DNA of 64,000 nucleotides from Escherichia coli (GTDB lineage Bacteria; Pseudomonadota; Gammaproteobacteria; Enterobacterales; Enterobacteriaceae): NCBI RefSeq assembly GCF_011045215.1, contig NZ_CP049202.1; one strand, 5' to 3'. Shown piece by piece: positions 12,640 to 22,865 of this stretch (position 1 is its first letter; each line of letters starts with the position of its first letter). The notes under the pieces were generated by a model. It saw only the letters and a program-made list of their open reading frames with translations, ran no database searches and was not told where the DNA came from. The position numbers and the translations under genes were made by a program.

Positions 12640-12672
12640 TGCGATATCAACGCCAACCGGTGTATATTTCAT
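12640..12672 (-). pseudogene. IS110-family transposase 5' end (11 codons) displaced by IS21 insertion
   Basis: ATG AAA TAT ACA CCG GTT GGC GTT GAT ATC GCA; joins in frame with 10504 after removing IS21 and one GTTT copy to give MKYTPVGVDIAKHVIQVHF. Confidence 0.65.
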
Positions 12673-12778
12673 TTGTGGAGTCTCCAGTCTGAGGGAGCTT
12701 TATGCATCCCGTATTGGGCACTATGATGCCGGAAATCTGCGAGGCTCCACACTTTTCCTGCCAACCCCGGCTTCATAC

Positions 12779-12910
12779 TCAAATAGTTGGGATGCGTTCA
12801 TTACATTCTTCCAGGATGCGGATACGGTTCTGAAGTTCTGCAATATTCCGGTCTTTTTCCTGCACCACATTTGCAAGATTCTGACTCTCAGCCATGGCTT
12901 TTTGCACCAT
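12779..12910 (-). pseudogene. IS66-family TnpC N-terminal start fragment of the disrupted element (truncated by IS110 insertion)
   Basis: MVQKAMAESQNLANVVQEKDRNIAELQNRIRILEE then stop; leucine-zipper-like TnpC N-terminus directly downstream of tnpB. Confidence 0.5.
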
Positions 12911-13015
12911 GGCAATTGCCAGAGCGCGAAGCTATTCAGGGTCACGGGTGGTACTGAGAAGCGAGATATCCATGCGATGGATTATACGACATCACACATG
13001 GATATTCATTATATT

Positions 13016-13417
13016 TCATTGAGTTATTGCGTTGCTCTGAACATCTTCGGGTTCTTCCTGGTATACCCATTTTGCCAGGTCATGCCCTTTCACCTGTTGC
13101 CAGTCAACCCCACAGACCAGCCAGTGAAACTCATCCTGTGTGAGATGCCATGTGGCATCACCTTTCCGGGGCCAGCGGAAGCTTCCCCGGTGCAGTCGTC
13201 GGGTACACAGCCATACGCCATGTTTGTCCCACCGGAGAACTTTTATGCGGGAGCGGACTTTATTGGTGAAGACAAAAGCAGCACCGTCATGCCATGCAGC
13301 GTTAAGTTCGTTCTGGACGTACTGTGTCAGTGTGTCGATACCCCGGCGCATATCGACGGGTTTTACGACCAGGAATACGTTATCAGGCGTCAGCATGGCG
13401 AAGAGCCCGGAAAACAT
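13016..13417 (-). CDS. tnpB: IS66-family TnpB (Orf2) of the disrupted element
   Basis: 133 aa, conserved IS66 Orf2 core (VDMRRGIDTL...VFTNKVRSRIKVLRWD). Confidence 0.85.
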   Translation of the reverse strand: MFSGLFAMLTPDNVFLVVKPVDMRRGIDTLTQYVQNELNAAWHDGAAFVFTNKVRSRIKVLRWDKHGVWLCTRRLHRGSFRWPRKGDATWHLTQDEFHWLVCGVDWQQVKGHDLAKWVYQEEPEDVQSNAITQ

Positions 13418-13712
13418 CGGTTAACTGAGAAGGCTGGCAGCACATCCGGATACCTCCGGGAAGGAAAAGTGTGACAGGCTCATCCGACAATGGTCTGCCA
13501 TCAGCCATACCGGGAGCGCCAGACACTGAAACTGGAATAATTTCAGGTGCTCTGGCTCGTTTTTCGGCTTTTGCAACATCCTGCGGCCACTGGCGCAGGG
13601 ATTTAAACGGAATGTCGTAAAGTTCACAGTACTGTTCACGGGTAAGGCCGCTTGCGCGCCATGCGGCAACGTGATGTTTTTTCTGATCAAGCGTCCATCG
13701 CATCCTGGGCAT
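13383..13712 (-). CDS. tnpA: IS66-family TnpA (Orf1) of the disrupted element
   Basis: 109 aa HTH protein overlapping tnpB start. Confidence 0.8.
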   Translation of the reverse strand: MPRMRWTLDQKKHHVAAWRASGLTREQYCELYDIPFKSLRQWPQDVAKAEKRARAPEIIPVSVSGAPGMADGRPLSDEPVTLFLPGGIRMCCQPSQLTDVFRALRHADA

Positions 13713-14316
13713 TGTTTACTCTCCACAGAAAGAAGTTATACGAATACCGGAATGCTAATGGCGTGAAAATTTCTGTGAAGATGAGGTCCCCGGAACATTA
13801 CCTTCTTCCTGCCATGCAGTGCTATATTCAGCATCCTGCACTCCATTCGGAGTGCAGTTCTTTATGACATACTAGTTTCGCTGAGTACCTCAAATAGCCA
13901 TTGTAATAAGCGCCTCACAACATTAGCTTACAAGCTAATTACAGGTAAGTTAAATTAATTCAGATAATCGCAGGTACACAGGACACTTCATTTAGGGCCC
14001 TGTGGGAATTTCTGCGACAGTACACAGTAACAAAATCTGGTTCATGGGATTGTACGCCGAAATTTCAGAAAATACCGTCACAAAAGCTGGTAACCAGTAA
14101 ATTTGCATGACGTTGAATATATAACGGGTTATGTGACGAGTTTCGGTGTCGAAATCGTTACTTCAGTGACGGTCACTCAATCGGTCGTTTACAACTCCGT
14201 AAAAACTGGTCACGGAAAAATCCAGGTTTCCGGCCAGGAAACCCCAACATAATGGGATTCACATTATTGTTTATAATCCGAACCGCCCCAATAAGTTACG
14301 TCTGATTCATTTTCCC

Positions 14317-14350
14317 TGAAAACACGCCTCATTTCCGGAGGCGTGTTTTA
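14317..14350 (-). terminator. rho-independent terminator downstream of yiaY
   Basis: Hairpin AACACGCCTC-loop-GAGGCGTGTT followed by a U-rich tract on the minus strand, 25 bp after the stop codon. Confidence 0.5.
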
Positions 14351-14372
14351 CCCGACAGATTCCAGATTTGTA

Positions 14373-15524
14373 TCACATTGCTGCACGATAAATTGCAACT
14401 ATCTCTTCATGTGTCGCCTGTATCGGGTTCGTCAGCCCACAGGCATCTTTCAGCGCATTTCTGGCCAGTTCCGGTATATCTTCATCTTTCACATTCAGGT
14501 CGCGTAGCCCTGCCGGAATATTAACTTTCTTCGCCAATTCACGGATGGCATTAATACAGACTTCAGCACCTTCCTCGTCATTTTTACCCGTCACGTTCTC
14601 CCCCATTGCAGCAGCGCAGTCACGCAAACGTGCAGCTGCAACTTTACTGTTAAATGCCTGAACATACGGCAGCAGAACGGCATTACATACACCGTGCGGC
14701 AGATTGTAGAAACCACCCAGTTGATGCGCCATCGCATGAACATAACCCAGAGATGCGTTATTGAACGCCATTCCTGCGAGAAACTGAGCATAAGCCATCG
14801 CCTCACGCGCTTTTTCATTGTTGCCATCCTCAACGACCAATGGCAAATATTCCGCAATCATGGTCACGGCTTTCAGTGCACAAGCGTCGGTGATCGGTGT
14901 GGCAGCAGTAGATACATACGCTTCAATAGCATGAGTTAAGGCATCCATACCGGTAGCCGCAGTCAACGGCTTCGGCATACCGAGCATTAACGAGGGGTCA
15001 TTGACAGAAAGCAGCGGAGTCACATGTTTATCCACTATCGCCATTTTGATGTGACGCACTTCGTCAGTGATGATGCAGAAACGAGTCATTTCTGACGCCG
15101 TACCCGCCGTAGTATTGATGGCGATCATCGGCAACTGCGGTTTTGCAGAACGGTCAACACCTTCGTAATCACGAATATCGCCCCCATTGGTGGCTACCAG
15201 CGCAATACCTTTTGCACAGTCATGCGGAGAACCACCACCTAATGAAATAACACTATCACAATTATATTCTTTCAGTAGTTTCAGACCTGCAGCAACATTT
15301 TCTGTGGTTGGATTAGGCTGGACGCCATCATAAATAACGCTAAAAACACTGTGTTCTTCCAGTGCTTTTTGCACATTCCCCGCCATACCTGACTTCGTTA
15401 ACCAGCGATCAGTAACAATCAGGCTTCGACGGAAACCATACCCCGCCATCATTCTGGTTGCTGTCGATAACGATCCCACCCCCAGCATATTTACAGAAGG
15501 GATAAAAAATGTTGACACACTCAT
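14373..15524 (-). CDS. yiaY: iron-containing alcohol dehydrogenase (YiaY/FucO family)
   Basis: 383 aa from ATG 15524 (GGAG Shine-Dalgarno); Fe-ADH signatures ([22 protein letters not shown], metal-binding His motifs); symbol from recalled similarity to E. coli YiaY. Confidence 0.8.
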   Translation of the reverse strand: MSVSTFFIPSVNMLGVGSLSTATRMMAGYGFRRSLIVTDRWLTKSGMAGNVQKALEEHSVFSVIYDGVQPNPTTENVAAGLKLLKEYNCDSVISLGGGSPHDCAKGIALVATNGGDIRDYEGVDRSAKPQLPMIAINTTAGTASEMTRFCIITDEVRHIKMAIVDKHVTPLLSVNDPSLMLGMPKPLTAATGMDALTHAIEAYVSTAATPITDACALKAVTMIAEYLPLVVEDGNNEKAREAMAYAQFLAGMAFNNASLGYVHAMAHQLGGFYNLPHGVCNAVLLPYVQAFNSKVAAARLRDCAAAMGENVTGKNDEEGAEVCINAIRELAKKVNIPAGLRDLNVKDEDIPELARNALKDACGLTNPIQATHEEIVAIYRAAM

Positions 15525-15973
15525 TGAGTTACTCCGAATTTCTGTATACATATTTCAAGCCAGAATAAACCGTAATGTCATGTGTTACGGGTATGACTCA
15601 TCATTTATAGCGATAAATACAAGAATGTCTATTCTGTAGGTTCCACCTTCCCCTGATTTGCAAGCGTCGATTTTTGTGATGTTCATCAGGGGAAAGAGCC
15701 TATGGAAAAACGGCAATACCGCGACTTTTCTGGGGAGTGATCTTTTACTTACATGTTCTGTCCGGTTTATCCCCCGATTCTGTGGATAACCAGTCTGCTG
15801 TTATGTGAGAACCGCCACCGCTCGCCGTAGCCCCAGCGACCAAACGTAGTGAGCGAGTGAGCGAGGAAGCGGAATGTCTACCCCCCCTGAATTGAGTACT
15901 TACGCGCCGGGCTTCCTTCCGCTCATGACCTGATACGCCCTGTCAGACTTGTCTGCTACCAGAGACGCTTACG

Positions 15974-16078
15974 TGTCAGCACCAGTGATATAAGACGTAA
16001 TGGTCAAAGATCGTGGCGTTGGCACTGTACTGTTCCTCAGCCATCTCATATAGCCGTTCGCACATCGTGGCGTTAACA
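15974..16078. repeat. IS21-family terminal-repeat remnant (left-end-like and right-end-like repeats without internal genes)
   Basis: TGTCAGCACCAGTGATATAAGACG matches the IS21-family left terminus at 10505; AAAGATCGTGGCGTTGGCA and CACATCGTGGCGTTAACA match its right terminus. Confidence 0.5.
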
Positions 16079-16141
16079 TCATCGGCATCCAGCTTTTCGA
16101 GCAACGGCAGGCACTGGCTTTTTATCAGACATTACCGGATA

Positions 16142-16468
16142 TCAGACCTTCGTTTTATCTTTGCAGACAAGAAACCATTGTCTGGATAATCTTTCGTTAT
16201 TTTCGTCGTAATCCACCAGACCGGCTTCATACAAAAAAGTCATACAGATACAACACTGACGTACAGATATATTCAGTCCGCACGCCATATCAATAACACG
16301 AAACATGACTTCACCATATTTATCCTCCCGTAATTTCATCCAGAGGAGCAGCGATTTACAGTCATCATAAAATAATGCGGTACTGTCCCTGCGTTTCATG
16401 GAGTTGTCACACATAGATAACCTCCTGCGTATGTGGAAATAACATACACACTGCAACAAATATTCCAT
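16142..16468 (-). CDS. PapI/PefI-like fimbrial regulator (true start probably internal)
   Basis: C-terminal ...FLYEAGLVDYDENNERLSRQWFL resembles PapI ...[23 protein letters not shown]; lies at the distal end of the fimbrial operon as pefI does. Confidence 0.45.
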   Translation of the reverse strand: MEYLLQCVCYFHIRRRLSMCDNSMKRRDSTALFYDDCKSLLLWMKLREDKYGEVMFRVIDMACGLNISVRQCCICMTFLYEAGLVDYDENNERLSRQWFLVCKDKTKV

Positions 16469-16951
16469 AAATATTTATATATTAAATTGTATTACCATAA
16501 CCCCGACATAATTTCTTTTTTGTACACCTGCAGACCTCCCTCATCCGGAGGATAATACCCCACACAGATATATTATCATGATATAAATCCTGTTATGGTG
16601 ATTATTATATTATAACCACATCCGCCAGACTGTATTTTTCAGATTCAGAATTGATTTTCACCGGAAAAAACTTTTCCGCTTTTCCCCCCTCTGTGGCGAT
16701 CAGACTGAATTACCGGGTGGGGTCATGGTACACCTGCCAGCATGTTCCATGCTTCTTTCAGATGCAGCCTGACATCACCCCGTTTTGACCTCCCGAAAAA
16801 ACACTTTGCTACTTATATCCCCCGGACACTGTTGTTATTCCTTCTACCACGACTGGCACGCCAACCCATCACGTTACGCAAGTAAGGCTTACTCACCCTC
16901 TTTACTCAGTCCTAACCAGCATACCCGAAGTCGATGTCAGTACCGCCATAC

Positions 16952-17797
16952 TTATGTGAGTACAATGTCGAGTGTGATCGAACCCTTAGTGACTCCCTTT
17001 GGCATCAATTCTGGTGTAACCCGCATTGTCATAACAGGGTCTTTACCAACGTCCAGTAGGAAAATATTCTGGTTCGTCTGAGTCCCCCCACTGATAGTTA
17101 TGGCACTGTCCGGAAGGTTGTTTAACCGATATGTTACACGCAGGCTTCCCGTTCCAGTGGCACGCATGAGTTCTACTTGTCGTTTGAGTGATGTGTCCAT
17201 GGTGATTGAGTCTGGATATGTTATTGTCACTGCAGGTGTCGTGGTATACTGCCCACTAAGATGGGCCCAATCACACTCTTCAGGATAGCCATTTGCTATT
17301 GCATATGGTCCCCCCTTGCGTCCGATTTTTAGACCGTTGGGAGGGTTGTAGATCCCGACAGCTGCAGTATATGCTGGTGCAAAGTTGCTTATTAGCTTGC
17401 CCTGAAAGTGAAATTGGTGAAGACCTTCTGATAGAGACACAGGCATATATAAGGTACGTTGGGAAATCCCATATTTATCAGTAGCTCCTGTTTGCCAACC
17501 TGGGACTATTTGTCCGTTTATTGTACCCTCGAACCTCCAGTCCTGGTCGCGCCAGTGATACATGTCAGTATCCACACACCACTGAAGCCCCTGCCCGCCC
17601 CCGCCCGCCAGTTGCGACGGTCCGAGATATAGATAGCCATTATATACCCCCCCTAGTGGTACGATGATATCTATTACGCTGTCGAATGCGAATGTGCGAA
17701 TCCCGTAGCTTAGCGTGACGGTTCCCGCTAATAGTTCCGCTGGCAGAGTTAACAAAAGGCATGCGATTGTACATTGTTTCAGGTTTCGTAATTGCAT
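16952..17797 (-). CDS. fimbrial operon distal protein (putative tip adhesin or minor subunit)
   Basis: 281 aa with signal peptide; last gene of the chaperone-usher cluster. Confidence 0.45.
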   Translation of the reverse strand: MQLRNLKQCTIACLLLTLPAELLAGTVTLSYGIRTFAFDSVIDIIVPLGGVYNGYLYLGPSQLAGGGGQGLQWCVDTDMYHWRDQDWRFEGTINGQIVPGWQTGATDKYGISQRTLYMPVSLSEGLHQFHFQGKLISNFAPAYTAAVGIYNPPNGLKIGRKGGPYAIANGYPEECDWAHLSGQYTTTPAVTITYPDSITMDTSLKRQVELMRATGTGSLRVTYRLNNLPDSAITISGGTQTNQNIFLLDVGKDPVMTMRVTPELMPKGVTKGSITLDIVLT

Positions 17798-17970
17798 ATT
17801 GAAATCTCAGTTATAGTCCTGTGTGTTATCCGTTAGCGCGGGTTCGTAGTAGAGCACTCGTGTTTATCTGACAGCCTGAAAAATAGTACACTCTCCGGAT
17901 ATCAGGCTGTCACACCTGGTCACTGATTGACGGGGTGTTTCTCAATTGCCTATGGCGACCTACAGGTTCC

Positions 17971-18531
17971 TCAGGGATAAACAACACCAAACGTCAGCGT
18001 GGTACTTATCGGTCCCCCTACAGTCGACGCCAGGATTTGGGTCACTGGTGTCAACGAGCAACTGTTCTTCACCGTATCTGAGGCTATTCCCGTGCAGAAT
18101 GGCGTCGGCGTGTCTCCTGAATTTATAGCTATCGGGGCCATACTGCCATCCGCCAGTGTCAGCCACAGATTGCCACTGGACTCCGTCGGGTTATCCACTC
18201 TGTACAGACCAACTTTATTACCGTATGCCTGATGCATCCCTGCAGGACGCAGGGTGAGTGCTGTATTCACCACAGCGTTATTTTCACAGGTCACCACGGC
18301 CTGAAAGGACGGGTGTGTCTGCCTCTGCCCCTTTAGCAAAACCGCCTGAAAGGTATACGTATTACCACTTAATATGGATGCGCCCTCAAACCCCACCTTA
18401 CAGGTGTTCGGCTGGTTTATGATGGTTATCGGGATGGTGATGGTTGTACTACCAGCAGCGATCACATCACATACTGGCAAAAGACTGCAGGCCAGCATCA
18501 GTACACCCAGTATTTCCCTTTTTCCTTTCAT
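17971..18531 (-). CDS. fimbrial minor subunit
   Basis: 186 aa, signal peptide, C-terminal beta-strand motif; follows the chaperone gene with overlap. Confidence 0.55.
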   Translation of the reverse strand: MKGKREILGVLMLACSLLPVCDVIAAGSTTITIPITIINQPNTCKVGFEGASILSGNTYTFQAVLLKGQRQTHPSFQAVVTCENNAVVNTALTLRPAGMHQAYGNKVGLYRVDNPTESSGNLWLTLADGSMAPIAINSGDTPTPFCTGIASDTVKNSCSLTPVTQILASTVGGPISTTLTFGVVYP

Positions 18532-19238
18532 CCTTTATCTCCTTTCAGGATGTACGTCTCCACTCCCCCCCAGTCGTTGATGGCATCAATGCTCACACTT
18601 TTCGCACCCAATGATATTCCTTTCACCATCTGCTCACTGAACGGAGCCAATACAGACACCGCCATCTCTTCCTCCTGACTCAGATGAAGCGGCTGACCAT
18701 TCACTTTCACTTTCGTGATTGCGAAATAATACGGTGTCGGATTCTTCAGGTAGCTGCTCCCGCCTTTCTGAACCACCTCAACCTTTTTCTCCGCCCCCTT
18801 ACGCCCCTGAACCAGTACCTTCGGACGATAAATCAGCTTCACCTGAGTTGCCAGCGCAATAGAAATCACCGGCTCATCCGTTTTCTCCGGCTTCGGTGGA
18901 ATTTCCTGCACACTTAACCAGAACAGGGATTCACGGTCTGCCGGTAAAGCAACCCCGCTATCCGTCTTCATAATACGGACTATCTGCTTCTGCTTCGGTG
19001 CCAGCTTAAAGAATGGCGGAGTGGGCACCATATATACACCACTGGTCTGACTCTGATTATCTATCCATACCTGCCCCCCGTAAGTCTGGTCAGAGGTATT
19101 GGTCACATCAACAGAGATATTCTTTCTGCCCTCTTCATAGATAAAGCGGGTTCCACTCAGAGTGAAAGCAGCCATGGCCTGACTGCACAGCATCAGGGAA
19201 AGTAGTGACACCATCCCCAGTTTCATCATTTTATTCAC
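18528..19238 (-). CDS. periplasmic fimbrial chaperone (PapD/FimC family)
   Basis: 236 aa, signal peptide, conserved chaperone N-domain motifs. Confidence 0.85.
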   Translation of the reverse strand: MNKMMKLGMVSLLSLMLCSQAMAAFTLSGTRFIYEEGRKNISVDVTNTSDQTYGGQVWIDNQSQTSGVYMVPTPPFFKLAPKQKQIVRIMKTDSGVALPADRESLFWLSVQEIPPKPEKTDEPVISIALATQVKLIYRPKVLVQGRKGAEKKVEVVQKGGSSYLKNPTPYYFAITKVKVNGQPLHLSQEEEMAVSVLAPFSEQMVKGISLGAKSVSIDAINDWGGVETYILKGDKG

Positions 19239-21657
19239 AGCGAACCTCCTGCACTCTGGTTGCTTCTGGTTTGATTCCGGTCATAGAGAAACGACAGGTG
19301 CCACCATCCCCCAGGTCCACCCTGATTTCTTTCGGTTCTGCCAGCATCCCCATGGACAGCACACCATTACGACTGATAATGCCCGCATTCAGCCCTTCTC
19401 CTGTCCGGGCATTCCCCCCAGTCAGTAACTGACCATTACTGTCCTTAATCTGAAGAACGTAACGTTTCACATAATTTGCCCCGAACTGGCGGTAAACCAC
19501 GGCGTTCCCTGTCGGTACCACAAGCTGAGATGTGACCATCAGGTCCAGATCATCCGGTACATTTTCCATGTTGACGTCAATATGGTTCTGGCTGTACTCC
19601 GACAACCCTACTGAGGTATACCCGCGACTGTTAGTTGGAGCAGAACCATTAATCCGTACCCCTTCAACATCTGGAATACGCACCACAGCCATGGTGTTGC
19701 TTTGGTCACGGGTAAAGAACAATCCACTTTCCGCAGTGACAACCACACTGCCGCTGATACTACCGCTGACACTGGTGTTGTGGCGGCTTTGAGAGACGTT
19801 CAAACTGGTGTTAGTGGCATCAAATGCATAGGAAACCCCAGCTCCGACATCATCACTTCCCCTGCTGCTCAATCCTGCGCTGACGTTGTAACTCAGACGC
19901 TCTGTCGGGCTACCTGAAGTACTGGCGCGGAAAGATGTTCCTGACACACTGCTGTAGGCTGCTGACGAGTTTACGTACTGACGCTTGTCTCCTATGCTGA
20001 ACGGAATGCTGGTAATCAAAGCAATACTGTAATCCGGCTTATCCATGTACGGATACCGACTGTAGTTTCCACTCACACTCATAGAAACACTGTCAAACAA
20101 TGAAAACCCTGTACTGAGAGTTCCCCCTGTGGCATAGCCCGTTGTGTTCCAGTAGTTCTCCCACCATCCAAACAGACTTAAACTAACATTGTCCGTTAAA
20201 CGCTGTGACAGTGTGGCTTCATAACGGGATTTCTGGTTATAGCGAGCATAACGGTCCGCCGGATCGAAACCAGAAAACTCAACATATCCCTTGCTCTGAT
20301 AACGATAAGTCGTAAGCTGCAAATCCGTGTCAGATGCAAAGGACTTGGCGTATTTTGCACTGACGCTGTAACCATGCTTTTTCACATTGTTGTCATATTC
20401 CGCATCCGACACCGTACCAGCCAGAGAAAACGCCCCCAGTTCCCCCATCATCTGCGTCAGACTGAGTCCCCCTGCCTTATATCTGTCATGTAGTATGGCA
20501 GCACCACCAAGAGTGGTGGAACCCAGACCATAGGCCAGACTCCCCGACCAGAACATGCCCTTATCCGAATCAGAAAACGGCTTTTTCATGTCTCCCCCGG
20601 AAGAACGTCTCCCCGCTACCATGTCATACTGCAGTTCCCCCGGACGCAACAGTGTAGGGAGGGTCGTCACCGGATAACGGGTGACCGTTTTACGCCCACT
20701 GGCATCCTCCACCGTTACTTCAAGATCACCGTTCCCCACAGGATGAATATCATCCAGAGCATATGGTCCCGGTGGTACAACACGGGAATAGACGGTGTAA
20801 CCATTCTGGGTAATAGTGATACGGGAAGAAGAGGTCGCTACCCCGCTGATAACCGGCGCATATCCGCGGAAATCCCAGGCCGACATGTTTGAGTTGGAAC
20901 GCAACGCCACCCCGTAAAAGCCAAAATCCTGAAAAAGGTCACTACGGGTAGTGCTCTTCCCGACAATCAGATCACTTTTCAGTCCCCCTAGCGCCGTGGA
21001 AAGTGTCGCATCCCGAACCGCAAATTCATTTTTGCCATCACTTAAACGGGATGCGTTCATATTACTGCTTAATACCCAGCGTCCGATATTTACCAGCGCG
21101 GAAACACTACCGTAAGCTGTTGTCTCCTGTCCGGAGTTACGGGCTGCGTTCGCAGAATAATTAAGACGTAAAGCATTCACCCCATAATCCCATTGACTGG
21201 GGTCGGTTTTACTGAGTAAATAAGACTGCGGGATACTGAACACCAGTCCCTGACTACCATAGTTAAAATCAACCCGTGTATACGGGTTCTTCCCGAGAGC
21301 ATAACACCCCTGCCTCTCGTCAAATTCTGCCGCGTAACCGTCCAGTCGCAATGGCACACCGGCACTTTTCAACCATGCTGGTGACAGGCAGAGCACCCCA
21401 CTTTTTTCTTCTTCTGGTGAAATAATAAGCTGAGCTTTACCCAGGTTATCATTATTCACCACCACATCAACCTCATACTGACCAGAAGGAAGAGTCACCC
21501 CTTTTTTCAGCACAGACGGCACAACTCTGGTTCCCTGCAGAAAGTCCATATTTAAATCAGCATCACCACTGCCAACAACATCAGAACTGGCATAGGATAA
21601 AACCGAAAACATAAACAAACTTAACGCAGATAATTTAAATATCTGTTGGCTGCTCAT
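19231..21657 (-). CDS. outer-membrane fimbrial usher (PapC/FimD family)
   Basis: 808 aa, signal peptide, usher-length beta-barrel protein between major subunit and chaperone. Confidence 0.9.
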   Translation of the reverse strand: MSSQQIFKLSALSLFMFSVLSYASSDVVGSGDADLNMDFLQGTRVVPSVLKKGVTLPSGQYEVDVVVNNDNLGKAQLIISPEEEKSGVLCLSPAWLKSAGVPLRLDGYAAEFDERQGCYALGKNPYTRVDFNYGSQGLVFSIPQSYLLSKTDPSQWDYGVNALRLNYSANAARNSGQETTAYGSVSALVNIGRWVLSSNMNASRLSDGKNEFAVRDATLSTALGGLKSDLIVGKSTTRSDLFQDFGFYGVALRSNSNMSAWDFRGYAPVISGVATSSSRITITQNGYTVYSRVVPPGPYALDDIHPVGNGDLEVTVEDASGRKTVTRYPVTTLPTLLRPGELQYDMVAGRRSSGGDMKKPFSDSDKGMFWSGSLAYGLGSTTLGGAAILHDRYKAGGLSLTQMMGELGAFSLAGTVSDAEYDNNVKKHGYSVSAKYAKSFASDTDLQLTTYRYQSKGYVEFSGFDPADRYARYNQKSRYEATLSQRLTDNVSLSLFGWWENYWNTTGYATGGTLSTGFSLFDSVSMSVSGNYSRYPYMDKPDYSIALITSIPFSIGDKRQYVNSSAAYSSVSGTSFRASTSGSPTERLSYNVSAGLSSRGSDDVGAGVSYAFDATNTSLNVSQSRHNTSVSGSISGSVVVTAESGLFFTRDQSNTMAVVRIPDVEGVRINGSAPTNSRGYTSVGLSEYSQNHIDVNMENVPDDLDLMVTSQLVVPTGNAVVYRQFGANYVKRYVLQIKDSNGQLLTGGNARTGEGLNAGIISRNGVLSMGMLAEPKEIRVDLGDGGTCRFSMTGIKPEATRVQEVRCE

Positions 21658-21804
21658 GAAATAACACCTTGTTTTTTTAGTTAATTACCAATCAAAATAA
21701 GCCCCCAACAGAAACAAAGGGAAACCAAGTAAAGCTAAAAAAGAAAATTTTTTGACAGTATTCCGGGTATTACCCCGGAATACTTAATTTTGGTATAAAT
21801 AATA

Positions 21805-22353
21805 TTATTTATACCAGTAGTTAACGCGGGCGGTTGCCATCATGTCACCAACAATACTTCCACCTTTGAGGTTCATGGTATATTTCAGGCCATCACCTTT
21901 AACCACTGACGGTTCAAACTCATACTGAAATCTTTCAGTAGTAGCCATTTTATTGACGTTCGTTTTAGAGTTGGTTGCTTTAATTTGCACGTAGGAGTCA
22001 CTTGCCGCACCACTGGAAGCTTGCAAACCGTTAGCATTAATCTGGGAACCAACACCTTCCCATTGCATAACAAAATCAGTGTTACCTGCATTACAGGATG
22101 CAGCTGAATCTGTTGTCGGCTTAAATACCACTTCAACATCCGCCCCTAAAGTGTTCGGGTTGGTCTGTCCCAGTGCAACTGTATTTTTACCACTTACCCC
22201 TCCAACAGACGGGTCCAGTGCACAGGTTGTGGTGGAAACCGTACCGGAGAAATTCAGGTCCAGTGTACCCGCATTAGCATTCGGAGCAGCATTAGCCGCA
22301 CCACCAACAATCGCAGCCAGAGCCACAACAGAAGAAATGAGAGTTTTTTTCAT
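21805..22353 (-). CDS. major fimbrial subunit, PefA-like
   Basis: 182 aa, signal peptide MKKTLISSVVALAAIVGGAANA, conserved Cys pair, C-terminal LKGG...YWYK donor-strand motif; similarity to PefA is from memory. Confidence 0.8.
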   Translation of the reverse strand: MKKTLISSVVALAAIVGGAANAAPNANAGTLDLNFSGTVSTTTCALDPSVGGVSGKNTVALGQTNPNTLGADVEVVFKPTTDSAASCNAGNTDFVMQWEGVGSQINANGLQASSGAASDSYVQIKATNSKTNVNKMATTERFQYEFEPSVVKGDGLKYTMNLKGGSIVGDMMATARVNYWYK

Positions 22354-22510
22354 TTTTTATCCTTGCTTGAATAAGACAAACATAAACGACAGTACACAAA
22401 ATATTGGTGCACCTCTATGCTTCCTTTTATTTAGTCAAGGCAGCATAAAACTATACCAATTATGTACTAGTTACGGTGCACATAAATTTATATTCGAATA
22501 TACAATGCCA

Positions 22511-22765
22511 TCAATAAAATTGATTTAGCATACAAACAAGATGATACACTCGCACCAATCTGGCCAGACATACACTCAGATATCCGGGATTGACACCATA
22601 CCGCTCACAAACAATTTTTCTTGATTCTCCATAGACCACATGCCCACGAAGCGCATTTATCATCTTATTACTTCTGATTGATGATAACTCAATAAGCATA
22701 TTGAATTGTTTTTCCCTACACCCCCAAAAAGGGAATGCATCATAATGCATATACCTCTCACCCAA
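22511..22765 (-). CDS. PapB/PefB-family fimbrial transcriptional regulator (copy 1)
   Basis: ...LIELSSIRSNKMINALRGHVVYGESRKIVCERYGVNPGYLSVCLARL... matches the PapB/FaeA/DaaA family; directly upstream of the major subunit. Confidence 0.7.
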   Translation of the reverse strand: MGERYMHYDAFPFWGCREKQFNMLIELSSIRSNKMINALRGHVVYGESRKIVCERYGVNPGYLSVCLARLVRVYHLVCMLNQFY

Positions 22766-22865
22766 TAAATTAATAGCTCACAGATAACATACATCGTTAA
22801 AACACATCCTGTCGTTGGCGAGCCGACAGATGTTTACCTGATTTATAGTTTACACAAAGCGTTGC

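Noticed and set aside
13730-13931. Exact outer terminus of the disrupted IS66-family element
   Set aside because: A GTAAGCT-like sequence at 13925-13931 could be the inverted repeat, but it is unusually far (about 220 bp) from tnpA, so the boundary is left open.
15780-15788. Second exact DnaA-box 9-mer (TGTGGATAA)
   Set aside because: Isolated occurrence with no adjacent initiator gene or iterons; a 9-mer can occur by chance, so it was not called an origin.
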